The position numbers and the translations under genes were made by a program. A stretch of DNA of 64,000 nt, from the NCBI GenBank assembly GCA_964247055.1, contig OZ176050.1, positions 4,588,001 to 4,652,000 of the forward strand. The letters run 5' to 3'. The DNA comes from Paragordius varius. Taxonomy: Eukaryota > Animalia > Nematomorpha. The notes beneath the pieces are model-generated. The model worked only from the letters and a program-made list of their open reading frames with translations. It was not told where the DNA came from and searched no databases. This document shows positions 62,566 to 64,000 of this stretch, piece by piece. Position 1 is the first letter of the stretch. Every line of letters begins with the position of its first letter.

Positions 62566-64000
62566 TCTATATATATTTATAAAAATGTAAAGTGGTGGCT
62601 TTATGATCTGTTTCCAGACGGTAGACCCATTCATATCCAAATGTCGAAAAAATATAATCATTAATTAATGGCCCGACAATAGCTTCGCCCTTTTTTTGGA
62701 TTAGGCCCCCAGTTCGAGTTCACACCGTGTAAAAAACGGGTTTTTTGAAAACACAAGTCCACAAAAATCGTGTTTTTGAAACAATTTTCTCGAAAATTTG
62801 TTGGGCCGTTTGATTTCAAATATGATTTTTTTACTTATTTTCGATTGCGCCGAACATAGTCGCGCTTTTTTAATTTAGGCCCTCTTTTTACCCGCTTCCC
62901 CCGTAATATGCCATTTTTTCAAAAAACAAAGTCCACAAAAATAATTTTTTGATTCTATTTTTCGCTCAAGGTATGAGACCGTAAAAATTTAATAAGGACT
63001 CCAGGTATTCCCTGTTAAAAGGCAAAAATTTTAGTCAAGCGTTTCTTTGAAGATAGCCGCTGGGTAAGGAGATACCCGCTAAAAACTGACCTGTCATATC
63101 GAAATGGCGTGCCTTTAGGGCTAATTTTCAGAAAACCTATCAGGCCATATGAGTTCGATAACTGCTTAAATTATTACCCGTAACAAGGCAAAAATTTAGA
63201 TCGTGCGGTTTTTTTAAAATTAGCCGTTAGGCCTTGAGGCAATTTTTCCAAAAACTAATGAGAACATATGGAATCAATCATGATTCCAGGTATTCTCCGT
63301 AAAAAGGCAAAAATTAAATTTACGCGCTTTTTTGTATCAGCCTCCGGCTAGGTAGCCACCCGCCTAAAACTGCGCCACCATATCGAAATTGCGTTGTTTA
63401 GGAGTTAATTTTCAGAAAACTTATCAGGCCATATAAGTTTAATAAGGGCCTGAAATATTACCCGTAAAAAGTCAATAAGTCGACCGGTGTTTTGCCCTAA
63501 AAATGCGCTATCATTGAACTATTATTTAGTTTATAGCCATTCTTCCAAAAACTATTTAGAACATATGGATTAGATGATGATTCCAGGTATTCCCTTTAAA
63601 GCTAAAAATATTTTATCGAACGTCTTTTTTTATATTGGCCTCTGTGTAGGGGGCTACCCGCGTAAAAATGCGTCACTATATCGATACAGCATGCTTTTGG
63701 AGCCAAATTTCAGAAAACTTATGAGACTATGTTAGTTCAATAAGGACCTAAAATATTTATTACCCTTTAAAAAACAAATATTTTAGTATAGTGGGTTATT
63801 TCAATGAGGCCTATGGGTAGGGGTCTACTGGTTTTGAACTGAGACGCCATATAAGAATGGCGTGGTTTTGCTAATTTTCAAAAAACTTAAGAAGCCATAC
63901 GAGTTCACCAATGGCTTTAAATATTATCCATAAAAAAGGTAAAAATTATAGTTTATCGTTTTTTTCCGTTAGCTGTCAATTTGGGGCCTTTACACCCGTA
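62566..64000 (+). mobile_element. Non-autonomous Helitron with internal tandem array, running off the window end
   Basis: Starts A|TCTATATATATTTATAAAAATG...GACGGTAGACCCATT, an A|TC 5' end of the type seen in animal Helitrons. About 400 bp of unique head is followed by ~300-bp subrepeats. The last 150 bp match 21270-21430, which 160 bp further on ends in the hairpin-CTAG terminus. Confidence 0.75.

Noticed and set aside
62705-62725. Pol III B-box-like GTTCGAGTT suggesting a tRNA or SINE
   Set aside because: No A box or cloverleaf; it lies within the Helitron head.

Overview
Very AT-rich (roughly one quarter GC by eye) animal genomic DNA; the taxon cannot be fixed from the sequence alone. By-hand splicing supports six protein-coding loci. 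(1) A 14-coding-exon, 765-aa beta-arrestin (+, 2805-12186) with large insertions. (2-3) Two paralogous two-exon rhodopsin-type GPCR genes on the minus strand (12975-17846, with a 1-nt frameshift; 23873-26157, intact), both lacking the DRY, D2.50 and NPxxY motifs, the first tail-to-tail with the arrestin. (4) A Not/Noto homeobox gene (-, 32294-34747). (5) An 849-aa secreted low-complexity protein ending in a C-type lectin domain (+, 38836-41865). (6) WDR75/UTP17 (+, 55397-62297). The rest is transposon-derived: a piggyBac-type TTAA MITE that repeatedly nests in itself, a decayed Buster/Charlie-type hAT carrying an inverted copy of its own transposase core, a non-autonomous Helitron with an internal tandem array and a 2.7-kb palindrome built from two of its 3' halves, palindromic MITEs and RTE-LINE relics. 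The strongest oddity is that the first five WDR75 introns are only 22, 23, 28, 30 and 26 nt, while every other intron resolved in the window is 72 nt or longer. All alignments were done by eye and all family assignments are from recalled motifs, not database searches.
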